Positions 28,962-42,179 of a stretch of 64,000 nucleotides of DNA are shown here, piece after piece; positions within the stretch are counted from its first letter, which is position 1; each line of letters begins with the position of its first letter. Below the pieces are notes generated by a model. The model was not told where the DNA came from. It worked only from the letters and a program-made list of their open reading frames with translations, and ran no database searches. Source of the stretch: the human T2T-CHM13v2.0 reference genome, Homo sapiens; the NCBI RefSeq assembly GCF_009914755.1, contig NC_060926.1; one strand, 5' to 3'. Made by a program: the position numbers and the translations under genes.

Positions 28962-30161
28962 CTTTGGAAAAAGAGATTGTTACTCCTTATTAATGCCTTT
29001 CCTCATCTTCAATATTTGCCAGCTACCATGTCATGCTGGTTTCTCCAGTCATCCCTCTCTGTGTGCTTACTGTATTAATAGCTTTTTCCATCACCTAAAA
29101 CAACATGTCTCCCTCTTGCCTCTAGTCATGGCAATGATATGGAAAACCAAAAAAAGCTCAAATTTTAGATTACACTTTTGTCTTTTAAGCCACAATATGG
29201 AAGTCAGTAATTTCTACACGCAACCCTTAAGCCACGTTTGTTAATTAGAACTTAGACATTATTAATCACCTACTTTGCATTCTTTAGCTACTGGCAAATT
29301 ATGAGTTGTGGAAACACAGAATTCAAATTCACAGAGAGAAAACAATGAGGCAAGGAAAAAGGGACAGAAAGAAAACATGGCCACAATTTTGGTGGATACA
29401 ACATACAGAAAAAAATTTTAAATATTAAATGATTCATCACCAGCAGCTAAACAAAGTCAGCAGAAGTCAACATATTAACAAGGCAGATACTTAGGTAAAT
29501 ATGGCAGCTAATATAGGGTGCTTTCCTCCCAGCACAGTGCTTCCTAAATTTCCTTTATACTGGTGAAATGTAATAAAATAAAACTTGGGCAAATCTCCAT
29601 GCACAATTCAAATCAATGAGGACCAACCAGTCAGTTTTATAATACAGAAAAGATTAGTCTATGGAAAAACGAATACAATGACCTGGAGGTTTTCCATCCG
29701 CAACACTAAAAAAGGCTATTTGGTAATGGAATAATTGAATATTGAATAATGCTATTCAATAACTGAACAACTTTAAACAAAATATAATGACCATATGCCT
29801 CTATTTCCAATGTTTCTACTTTTCCCCAATATATAATACTACAATAGATCATAGCAACAGATCATTTTTATTTGTATTTGAGTGAACTTTTCCTGGTGTC
29901 CCTAGTGATAACCTTGGCTCTAAAGCCTACATATAGCATCTGCTCACTATTAAATAAACCAAAATGATTCTGTATTGTATAATAAAGACTAGTCTTAGCA
30001 GATTTGGATAGAGTGAAGAGAAACTGAGACGGGAGAGTATTTGGGGTTCAGTGCCTATTCCCTGACTACGAAACCACCAAGAGACACCAAAATTAGCCTA
30101 CTTGTGGTAGGGATTTTTTTTTTTTTGCTTTAATAAAAATCAATTCTTAATAAATTCTTAC

Positions 30162-30269
30162 CTGTATTGTTATCATAGAATTTGATGTGCCTGTCTTCAT
30201 GAGCAGTGATGCTGATCGGAAGAGTAGGATGACTGATGACTCTATTTATTTGGCAGGAAGAGTTGGCTG
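30162..30269 (-). CDS. STRN: Striatin coding exon 16 (108 nt): (T)ANSSCQINRVISHPTLPISITAHEDRHIKFYDNNT
   Basis: Acceptor tttag|CAG (NAGNAG), donor G|gtaaga; WD40 sequence. Confidence 0.95.
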
Positions 30270-30364
30270 CTAAAAAGAAAAAATTAAAAAGCAACACAAC
30301 TTAGTCAAAGATATTTTTCACACAAAGGAGAACTGAATTATCTATCTAAGAGACTGAAAAAGTA

Positions 30365-30703
<339 letters not shown>

Positions 30704-31489
30704 TTAGTTCATTTATTCTGTGATTGTTTTCAAAATTTCAATGTTAGGAAAGAGAATTGCCTGATAAATCTGGAAATATTTATAAATTACAATTTCCTGC
30801 TATATGTGGGTGCCATCTATGGCTTAGTCTAGAGCCACTAACGCTGTTCATTCTACAATGTTCTGTGAGATTTTGCTACTTTAAGTAAGTTCTATCATCA
30901 CTTACATGGAGATAATTCTCAAATTTAAATCTCAGCTCTTTTTGCATACAAAGTTCTGTATCACATCATTATCATCTAAAGATATATATGACAAAGAGGG
31001 CTTCTTAATCCTTAAATCCCTTTATCACTCTTCCTCATCATAATAGAAATGGTCATTTGACAGAACTAGGTTTGGAATCCTAAAAGTCAGCATCCTAACT
31101 GTATTTTTTGTGTTAGTAAGTTCCAAAGAAACTTCAATTATACACACAATGAGACAGGCAAGCACATATCATTAAGCCTATATTACAGTGAACACATCAA
31201 GGTTCAGAAAAAGTTGCGACTCCTCCACAATCAGGTGACAAAATCAGTACCTATTCTAACTTCTGACTCTCTCCCAACCTGATGGTTCATGCAGATCACA
31301 CAACTGTCAAAATTGGTTCCTAAATGATCACACATTCTTCCTGAAAGGCTTTTATTAAAAAGAAATCAGTAATTTAAAACCTCAGTGATTTCTGTTAAGC
31401 TTTTTTTAAGAGAAAAGAAAAACTGACATAAAGAAAACACTAATTGAAGGTATGTCAAAGTTTTAAAAATTAAATTATGGTCCAGGGAG

Positions 31490-31850
31490 AGGAAGGGGTG
31501 TCCTTGTAAAATATATTACTGGAACAACTCTCAAAATTTGAATATAAATAGTAATTCAGATAATAGTATTGTGTCAATGTTAAGTTTCCGGATTTTGATC
31601 ATTGTAATACACTACATCAGAGAATGCCCTTGATCTTAGAATTACACGCTAAAGGATCTAGGGGAATAGGAGCATGACATCTCTCATATGGTTCAGAATT
31701 AAAAATTATACACATATATAGAGTGAAAAAGCAAATGTGACAAAATGTTAAAAACTGCTAAATATGTGTGAAGGGTAGCCAGAAGTTCTCGTACTATTTT
31801 TGTACCTTTTCTGCAAGTTTAAAATTATTTCAAAATAGAGTTTAAAAAAT
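31490..31850 (+). mobile_element. L1MC-type 3' end fragment
   Basis: gtcaatgttaagtttccggattttgatcattgta...tttctgcaagtttaaaattatttcaaaat. Confidence 0.6.
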
Positions 31851-32036
31851 TTTTTGAACCCTAGAATAGGTATTACAAGTTTATATTCACATAATAGAAA
31901 ATACAGCTAAAAATAGTCTAATCTTACAGGATTTTCATGTGGCTCCTAGAAATATAACATCTTAAAAACTGAAGACAGTCTTTTCCCAATGCTAGTGGCA
32001 GGTAATTACCCAGCCTGTTATTTAAATATAAAATGT

Positions 32037-32375
<339 letters not shown>

Positions 32376-34374
32376 TCAGTTACACCTGGTTTAGATCCTA
32401 AACAAAGAGATGTTTATTTATAAAATTCAGACTACGCATTATTTCCTCCACAGATAATACTCCATTGAGCAACACCCGTGGTAAAGTCCAGCAAGAGAAT
32501 AACAGTAACAACAAAAAAAGAAATACTTTAAGTGAAATATCCCATATATTCTGAGAGAGACGTTTCAGAGAATAGCCTCAATTGCTTTGAGAGCTAGAAA
32601 ATAAATATGATTGAAATCAAATCATGGAAACAGGCAAAAGAAAGTTCTTATTTGGTAACACTTTTAAGGAAGCTTCTCCACTTGATGATAAATCAGAGAA
32701 GTCGGCAGAATGCAAAGAACACTACTCATACCTAGCTTGTGACGTATCTGCTTCAACTACCTTTGACTTTACCACAGTCAAATCGCCATTGACATCAATG
32801 AGAAGAAGGGTAATTTATTCCTATTCTAACAAACATCCTTCATCACTTTAAACTCTATATAAAACTCACTTTCTCCTTGAAGCTTGTTTGGTCCTTTCAT
32901 TTTTTTAAAAAAATATGCTAAATTCCAAAACAGAACAACACAATCAATTATAAATAACAAGGGGTAGTTCACAGTAAAACATAATAAGAGACTAATTTAA
33001 GTTTTCTTTATACAACTTTAAAAGTAAAAAACATAATTTAGAAAATGTCAGGACATATTACAACTCAAAATAATGATCATTTATTCCAGTAATGTTGCCT
33101 TTGTTAAAAACATTCTTGGAAGTTTTCTCAAAATGTTTCCAGTGTCAAGTAAAAAGTCCTATTAATTTAGAGTCACATCTCTTGGGGGAAAATGTGGATT
33201 CACTCGCCTAGTTCTCTTTATCCATCTTATCTACCAGACTTGACATCTTATTAACCTGCAGTCATTAAAAAGCACTATTTCCACTCAGGATGTTCACAAA
33301 TTGGCCATATAATCTCTGAAGGTAATTACAAAAATGTTCTCATCCTTTCTAATTTCATATTAGTTTTTTATTTTGCTACTGTAGCTTTGAGTCATATATT
33401 TAAACATGATTTTAAATTTATTGAGAGTCTAAAACCTGTAATTTCTTGCTGAAAAAAATTCTCCTTTTCCAATTCTATCACCTGAGTTTAATTTATTTTC
33501 CTGTCTCTCTCGTTTACATCCAAGTAGCTCAAAGTTCTATTCATGCTTACTTCCCCAAACAAGTCTCAGCATATCAGAAGAAAACAATGAACAACAGGTT
33601 AGGAAGGGAAAATGATGAAAACCACAAAGGAATAAAGAAACTTTTTGAGAGAGAGAGAGACAGAGAGTGAGAACACCACAAGAACATATGTAAACATATG
33701 CATGTACATGTTCACACATGCATGTGCACACACACAACATATCATCACTTTTAAAGCTAGTTCTCAGATTAAAACAAGAGTATATGTATGTCGTATTCTT
33801 CATCAACTGCAACCTAAACTGTGATTGTCTAGATTATGGCTAACGACAGAAAGCAATGGTTAAGAAAGCCAAAAACCAAAAAAGAGTCTGTAATATCTTC
33901 TTCATAACCTGAAAAAGCACTTATTTCCTGACTTCCTGCATCCAATAAGAAGCTTCAGGTTTGGAATTCTGAGTGCCACAACATGATCTGTATTGAGCTG
34001 TACCAAATCATACTATTAATATAAAATTAAGTTGATTTAAAATATGAAATTACAAGAAATGAAAAATAGAATTTCCTATTCAGAATAAATATGGCTTTCT
34101 TCAAATAGAATTGAAAATTAATCATTTAGTATAAAATAAAACTTGACCCATAACAGCTCAAATGCTATTTCAAACAGTATAGTTATAAATGTACATAAAC
34201 TTAACCCAAATTCTTAAAAGGTAAATAATTACAACCTTCTAAGTAACTGTGTTCTGAAAGTTAAGAGACAGAAAGCTTTATAATGACAAATATTTTTCAC
34301 AGCTGACTCTAGTAGTCGTAATTTTGATTAAGTTAAAAAAATAAACACAGACAATTTAAAATTGGTATGCATAC

Positions 34375-34515
34375 TTGTATCTACATTGGATTCTAAAGTG
34401 AGAATGCGTTGTTGTGTTTCCATGTTAAAAATGCTTGTATATCCCTTGCTGAATGATGCTACCATATGGCTCGGGTCACTGCTCACTAGATCCACAGAGG
34501 CAGGGATTCCCAGTT
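34375..34515 (-). CDS. STRN: Striatin coding exon 15 (141 nt): (E)LGIPASVDLVSSDPSHMVASFSKGYTSIFNMETQQRILTLESNVDT
   Basis: Acceptor ttcag|AA, donor A|gtatgc; lies within ORF 34328..34663(-). Confidence 0.96.
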
Positions 34516-35184
34516 CTGAAAGAGAACATATTGAAATAGAATGGCAATTAAACCATCTACTTGACAATCTGCTTAAAATAGAGCAAAACAAAAAATGGCA
34601 TGGTTTCCTTAAGAAGTAAACAAGGCTTACCATTAGAATAAGAATTAGCTCATAACTATTCATTGGAGATTATTTCTTTGTAACTTTTAGCCCTAGTCTA
34701 TTTATTTCCCTTACTTGCTTAGCAGATCTTCTACCTGTTACTCAACTGATATATTCATGGAATGCAAGCCTTTATTTAGAGAGCAAATGGAAAACATGTA
34801 TGAATTACAAATTTTGCTGCTTCCGCCCAACCTCAAGCTTAGAGTGACATAGTGGGAATTCTTCATTTTAAAAAACCCATCTCTTATTAGGGATGTTAGC
34901 TCATCAAAAATAGAGAAATTAAAAAGTAAAATTTAAAATTATTATTTATCGTTAGAGTCATGCAAATACCATATGAAGACAACTCATCAAAGCCTGGAAA
35001 GAAGTTATAATAGCTCAAGAATACAGAAGGTATTTTTATTTACCATCTAGAATACATGAAAACTTAGAGCTTATTTATAAACATAAAAATAGAAGGAAAC
35101 ATATAAAGTGAATATAATAATCTGATTTTTTTCATTTGGCTCAAAATCTACCTACAGCAAGCTAACAGTTCAAAAATGTGCATA

Positions 35185-36500
35185 CTGCAGAAGAAGATAC
35201 ACAAATAACCAATAAGCAAACAAAAGAAATGCTCATCAAAATTAGCCATCAAAGAAATGCAAATAAACTATGATGAAATACTACTACACATCCACCAGAA
35301 TGGCTAAAGTTAAACAGACTGACAATACTGTATGTTTGTAAGGATGCAGAGCAACTGGAATGCTCATACACTGCTGTCAAAGGTGTAAAATGGTACAACT
35401 ACAAAATTTTTTTGAAAAATTTTTAGTGACTTCACATAAAGTAAAATAAACATCCACCTGAAAGCCCAGCAATTCTAAGTCTCTACACACCTATAATGAA
35501 AATATATGAATGTTCATAGCAGCCTTGTTCAAAATAGCAAAAAACTAGAGACAACCCAAATATCCATCAAGATATAAATGAATAGACAAATTATGGCTTA
35601 ATGAAATACTATCAAATAAAAATGAAAGAAATAATTGATATAACACAAATGAATTTCCAAAACATTATAATGAAGAATAAAAGCAAGATACAAAGAACAC
35701 ATACTTTACTATTCCATTTACATGACGTTTGAGTAGATAAAACTAATCTATGATGAAAGAAATCACAACAGTGGGTACCTCTGGCTGGGAATAAGGAAAG
35801 GAGGGGACTGACTTGGAAAGACACGAAGGAACTTTGGGGAGATAAAGGAAATGTTCTATCTCTCATACGGTTTGGATCTGTGTCCTCACTCAAGTCTCAT
35901 GTCAAACATAATCCCCAATATTGGAGATACGGCCTGGCGGGAGGTGATTGGATCATGGGGTGGATTTTCCCCTTTGGTGCTATTCTCGTGATAGAGTTCT
36001 CACAAGATTTGGTTGTTTAAAAATAGGTCCCACCCCCTTCTTCCTCCTGCTCCGGCCATGTAAAACATGCCTCCTGTCCCTTTGACTTCCACCATGATTG
36101 TAAATTGCTTGAGGCCTCCCCAGAAGCCAAAGAAAAGTTGCTATGCTTCCTGTACAGAACCGTCAACCAATTAAACCTTTTTTTTTTTTAAACAAATTAC
36201 CCAGTCTCAGGTATTTCTTTATAGTGGTACGAGAATGGGCAAATATAGTCTTTTTTTTTTTTAAAGAAAATGTAGAGACAGGGCCTCGCTATGTTGCCCA
36301 GCTGGTCCCAAATTCCTGGCCTCTCGTGATCCTCCTGCCTCAGCCTCCCAAAGTGCTAGGATTACAGGTGTGAGCCACCACACCTGGACTCTATGTCTTG
36401 ATTGATGTATGAGTTACATGGGTGTACTCATCTATCAGACTCACTGAAATGTATCCTTAATATCTGTTTTTCACTACATACAAATTATATCTTAATTTTT
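35185..36500 (+). mobile_element. L1ME/MD 3' fragment interrupted by an MST (MaLR) LTR (about 35863-36248) and a FLAM (36251-36388, -)
   Basis: L1 motifs gcagagcaactggaatgctcatacactgctg; MST motifs ggtttggatctgtgtcc...ggtgattggatcatgggg...ttacccagtctcaggtatttctttatag. Confidence 0.75.
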
Positions 36501-36509
36501 TAAAATCTA

Positions 36510-36860
<351 letters not shown>

Positions 36861-37018
36861 TTATATATAGGTTGGAAATTCAAACAAATACACTTTCGTG
36901 GCTTCAAAAACTTTCAAATTAAATTTAAAGAGTTCAGGGAATCATTTATCTGCTTGCTTATTTTCAGAATAAACTGTTTTATAGAGGATTCAGCAAAATA
37001 ATTTTTTAAAGTATGTAC

Positions 37019-37186
37019 CTTTAGTATCATTAAATACACTTAGTGCTGGAGCAACCTCAGTTGTATTCCATAAACGCAGAGTGCCATCTGCTGAACAGGA
37101 CAACAAACGCTGATGTGCTGCACTATAAGCCAAACCCCAGACTGCATCCGTGTGGCCTAGCAGAGGGCCTCGTAAAACAGAAGGAT
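37019..37186 (-). CDS. STRN: Striatin coding exon 14 (168 nt): (D)PSVLRGPLLGHTDAVWGLAYSAAHQRLLSCSADGTLRLWNTTEVAPALSVFNDTK
   Basis: Acceptor tatag|AT, donor G|gtacat; classic GH...D.T.RLW WD40 repeat. Confidence 0.96.
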
Positions 37187-37919
37187 CTATACAAAACAGT
37201 AAAAATGCAAAATCAGGAGAAAAACAACCACAAAGGTACTTAGATTTCAGAGAAAGTAAAATATATAAACAATAGCACCTGATAACAGTATAAAATATGA
37301 TTCTTGGTTTCTATTATTCTTCTGACAGGCTACAGTAAATCAAAACAAGCTTGGAAATATACAAATATAAAGTTAAAAAATTTTAAATTAAAATTTAAAA
37401 GCACGTATTTTTCCCCCTTAAAAAAACTGAGTATTTCCTCCCCCTTCCTTTTGTCCTTCCATTTGTCTAAATATTTTTAAAGCACGTTGATACAAAATCA
37501 TTTGAATTTAATTCATCTTTGGAGAAACCACAACTCACACTCCCTGAGGAAGTGAACAGAGAGGTCCTCTCCCTCTCTGAAGTCCCTTAGCACTTTGGCT
37601 ATACTTCCTTCTGTTCACTTATCTTACTATATGATGGATGGCAGTTTTTCCTGAAAATATGGCATTCATAATGGACAGGAAGTGACATCTACAGGAATCC
37701 CCAAATTCTCAAACAGCAGTAACTGAGATGCAGTGATAGTGTATGCAGGGGAAGAGGGAGGGAAGTGGGGAGGTTAAGCACAGTCTCATGATAAAAGTCA
37801 AATTGGAAACCTTATTAATCTTCACAATGATTCTATGAAGTGGTACTTTCAAGATGACTCACAAATGTTAAGTCTGGAAATGTCAATGGTGTTATGTCTT
37901 ATATCCTCTGTCACACATA

Positions 37920-39500
37920 CCATAAAATATTGAAGACACACTGTGTGTCAGGCACTATGCTCAATGATGGAGCCAAATACATGATTAATACCCAATTCTA
38001 TCCCAGTCCTCAACAGACAATGTTGAAAGTACAATAATTGTGACAGACATCAGTTAGCAGAGAGTAACTGGAATGAGTGAAAACTTGGAGAGTGAAACCT
38101 AGAATTTACAGATGTTAGCCAGTTGAAGAAGAGGGGGAGAACATGATTGACAAGAAGGCAGCACCTACAAAACCACATGAAAAAAGAAACAGCATGATAT
38201 GCAAGTAAATGTATAACCAATTCAGTATTACTGGAGTGTGGACTTTGAAATAGGAAGTAGATGGGATGAGGGCATCTAGTTTATGGTGTGATTTCTACTA
38301 CATATTAAGGAACTTGGAAATTATCCTGAAAGCAACAAGCAATCTGTCTCCAGGGGCAGCAGGATCAAGTATGTATTTAATAAGGTAAGCTTGGTAGTAG
38401 TACAGAAGACAGATTAGACAGAATCAAGACAAAGGCAAGGGATTGTTTCAGCAGACAAAAAGAGTGACAAAGACCTAAGGCCAGGGGAAGCAGTGAGACG
38501 GCCAGAGCAGAAAAAGTAAACTCAAGAAATATTTAGGGAGTCATTACCAAAAAACTAGGTAATTAGTAAGTGGGGACAGTGTGACAGAACAGGGAATCTG
38601 AAGTAATTCTTAGGTTTCTAGTTTGGGTGATTCTCATAGTGCCACCAACTAAAAAAGAATATACGAGAGAAGAAACACAGAAAATGCTAGGATTTACAGA
38701 CAATGAAACAGTCATCCTGAAATTCCTGTAGTCAATCTGAAGCTTAAAGATGTATGAGTCAACTATATGTAAAAGTACAGATGTAGATTCAGTCTCTCAA
38801 GGAATGTTTGTACACTGCAAAAAGTTAGGGTCTGGGTCTTTATAAATGTCAATATTTAAGGCAAGAAAAATAAAAGCAGTTTATGAAGGACAGGGAACAG
38901 AAATTGTCACAAAGGGTCAAAAAGCCAATAGAATGGACAGATTTCAAAAAGGATGGAGTTGTTAACAATCTCAGATACAGCCAATACATCCAGTAAAATA
39001 AAAGACTAAAAATATTCTTGGATCAGGCAATTAGTTACTGACAATCTTGATACATGTAAGTGTTGTAGCCAGAAGCCAGAATGTAGACAGATGAAGCACA
39101 GAGAAAAAACATGAAATTAGTAACTGGTAATTGTGTTTTCTAGACAATACCATCAAAGAAACAGATGATGAGGAAAAGAGAGGGACTAAACAGAAGGCAG
39201 AGACGGAAACAAGGTCAAGAAAAGGCTTCTCCTTGACCAGAATGGAAGATACCCGAATTTACTTATTTGCTGAGGGGATGGAAAGGGAGCAAGGAGGGTA
39301 AGGCTTAATTAAGATGCAAGAGAACAAGAGCAGAAGAGCAAGAGATTAGAATGCAGTCGCAAAGAGACAGAGAGAGATTCGAGTACAGTCACAAAAGAAA
39401 CTAAAATGAATAAAGTCAAAATGGGAAGGACTGGCCTAGGACAGAATGAGGGACAGTTGATCCTCTGGCAGAGAGGTAAAGGAAGTAAGGAAAGACATGG
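37920..39500 (-). mobile_element. Diverged L2 fragments
   Basis: tattgaagacacactgtgtgtcaggcactatgct and a purine-rich body typical of antisense L2. Confidence 0.55.
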
Positions 39501-40294
39501 AACAGATAACTTATAAGAGAATTAGGGGAGAGTGGGGTTACCTTTCACAACATATTAATGCTCGTTAAATAAATGCTGGGAAAAATTTTTGTTTATTGAA
39601 TTTCTTATCCTTACTCTGGTTTGGTGGTAAAATTAATCTAAAATGATGATGAAATTAAAATGCTTTTATGACAAATGTGATACTTCAAACTACTCTAGAA
39701 CTTAACAGAAAACCAAAATACCCAATTCCTAAATAGTTTTTACAAATGAATCTGTGGTCATATCCATTGATAGATTATAATATGATTTATGATGTATGGT
39801 ATTGTTCCCAAAACTAAAGGGTACTTCTTAACTTCTGAGGCCTTTTACATATTTTGGTGTCATGGGCTTTAAAAATTATTAGCTTCTACAGCCCTCCAAT
39901 AATTGACCAAGGGGATGGCACCAACATTCATTTTCCTTAAAAGTTGTTTGACAAGAATAGTGATGAAATATTATTACAGATTAGTAATAATGTATCAAGA
40001 ACTCTACAGATGCCTAAAATAAGAAAACAACTGTCAGTCAAGCCTGTATTTCCAATCAATAAGACTTTAGAGAAGTGGGAACTGTATTTTCAAGAATGTG
40101 TTTTTCTTTTCTTCTTTTAGCATTGTATATCAAGTTAATTCCTAAATACAGAAGTCCTTTTTAACAAAATAAAGATGTGGTTCTCTTTACCTATTTATTT
40201 TCAAAAATCTCTTTATCTCTTCCTTTTATATTCTATGAAAAAATGTGTTTAAAAAACCAATTTTATTCCTTCAGATCTTTGGGAAATCACCTAC

Positions 40295-40416
40295 CATAAG
40301 AATCATAGGGGTCGATGTTGGGATTAGTGGTATTCCAGCCCTGGATCAGTCCATCAGTACCACCACTGTAACACTGCTCACCATTGCTGCTCATTACCAC
40401 ACAAAGCACTGGACCT
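40295..40416 (-). CDS. STRN: Striatin coding exon 13 (122 nt): GPVLCVVMSSNGEQCYSGGTDGLIQGWNTTNPNIDPYDSY
   Basis: Acceptor cccag|A, donor G|gtaggt; WD40 sequence. Confidence 0.96.
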
Positions 40417-40567
40417 CTGGGAGATTAAAAAAAATAAATCAACTGCTATTCTCAAAAACCAACCTGATAATATGACTTGTTAAAAATAAGAATGTTTAAT
40501 TACCCAAATGGCTATTTTTCTGCTTTTTATAAAAAATGAAAACACAGGTACTATCAAAGCACTGTTC

Positions 40568-40823
40568 ATTTTTCTTCCTCTGGTTTAAGAGGTTGGTAAA
40601 TTATGGTCAGCAGGTCAAATCCAACCACTGGTCTGTTTCTGTACAGTCCTCAAGCTAAGAATGGTCTTTACATTTTTAAAGGGTTATAAAACAAAACAAA
40701 ACAAAAAACAAGAATATGCAACAGAAATTATATGACTAGCAAATCCTAAAATATTTCAAAAAGTCTAACAGCCTGAGTCAGATATTATGTGACTCTTTAT
40801 ATAAAAAGTATGCCAATCTCTGT
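40568..40823. mobile_element. MER58-type (hAT-Charlie) DNA element
   Basis: ggttggtaaattatgg...ggtcaaatcc...gctaagaatggtctttacatttttaaa...tgccaatctctg. Confidence 0.7.
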
Positions 40824-40894
40824 GCTAAATCAAGAGAAAAGGCACATTCCTTAAACAGAAACAGAAAAAAAAATGCAATGTATCATTGCGCGAG

Positions 40895-40921
40895 CACACA
40901 CACACACACACACACACACAC
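40895..40921. repeat. (CA)n microsatellite next to the L1 tail
   Basis: Directly visible. Confidence 0.9.
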
Positions 40922-41897
40922 TTCTCACAAAACTTTTTAACTTTTAGTTTCAAGGTTACATGTGCAGGTTGGTACTATAGATAAATTGCATGCCTTGGCG
41001 GTTTGCTGTACATATTATTCCCTCACTCAGGAAAAAAGCATAGTACGCAATGGGTAGTTTTTCCAATCCTCACCCTCTTCCCACCCTTCACAGTCAAGTT
41101 GGCCCTAGTGTCTATTGTTCCCTTCTTCTGTCCATGTATACTCAATGTTTAGTTCTCACTTATAAGTGAGAACGTGCAGTATTTGGTTTTCTGTTCCTGC
41201 ATTAGTTTGCTTAAGATGGTCTTCAGTTCCATGATTTTCCTGCAAAGGACAGGATCTCATTTTTTATGGGTGCATAGTATTCCACGGTGTCTATGTACCA
41301 CATTTTCTTTATCCAGTTTACCGCTGATGGGCATTTAGCGTGACTCCATGTCTTTGCTACTATGTGCTATGATTAACACACATGCATGTGTCTTTATAGC
41401 AGAATGATTTATATTCCTTTGGGTATATACCTAATAATGCTAGGTTGACTGGTAGTTCAAACTTCTTTGAGAAATCACCAAACTGGCTTTCCACAGTGGC
41501 TGAACTAATTTACACTCCTACCAGCAGCATTTAAGTGTTCCTTTTTCTCCACAGCCTTGCCAGCATCTGTTATCTTTTGACCTTTTAATAACAGCCATTC
41601 TGCCTGGTGTGACATGGCATCTCATTGTGGTCTTGATTTGCATTTCTGTAATAATAAGTGTTGTTGAGCATTTTTTCCTGTCTGTTGGCCACATGTATGT
41701 CTTCTTCTGGAAACTATCTGTTCATGTTCTTTGCCCACTTTTTAATGGGGTTGTTTTTTGCTTGTTAATTTTTGATTTGCATTTCTGTAATAAGTGATGA
41801 TGAGCATTTTTCATGTCTGTTGGCCGCATGTATGTCTTCTTTTGGAAACTATCTGTTCACGTCCTTTGCCCACTTTTTAATGGGGTTGTTTTTATTC

Positions 41898-42179
41898 TTT
41901 TTTTTTTTTGAGATGGAGTCTCGCTCTGTCACCCAGGCTGGAGTGCAGTGGCGCGATCTTGGCTCACTGCAAGCTCTGCCTCCCAGGTTCACGCCGTTCT
42001 CCTGCCTCAGCCTCTCCGAGTAGCTGGGACTACAGGCGCCCGCCACCACGCCCGTCTAATTTTTTGTATTTTTAGTAGAGACGCGGTTTCACCGTGGTCT
42101 TGATCTCCTGACCTCATGATCCGCCCGCCTCGGCCTCCCAAAGTGCTGGGATTATAAGCGTGAGCCACCGCACCTGGCC
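41898..42179 (-). mobile_element. AluY-like element within L1
   Basis: Alu consensus, CpG-rich, gcaagctc/ttcacgcc diagnostics. Confidence 0.9.

Noticed and set aside
34362-34619. + strand ORFs overlapping STRN exons (also 37043..37243, 40245..40475, 28933..29244)
   Set aside because: Antisense shadows of coding exons.
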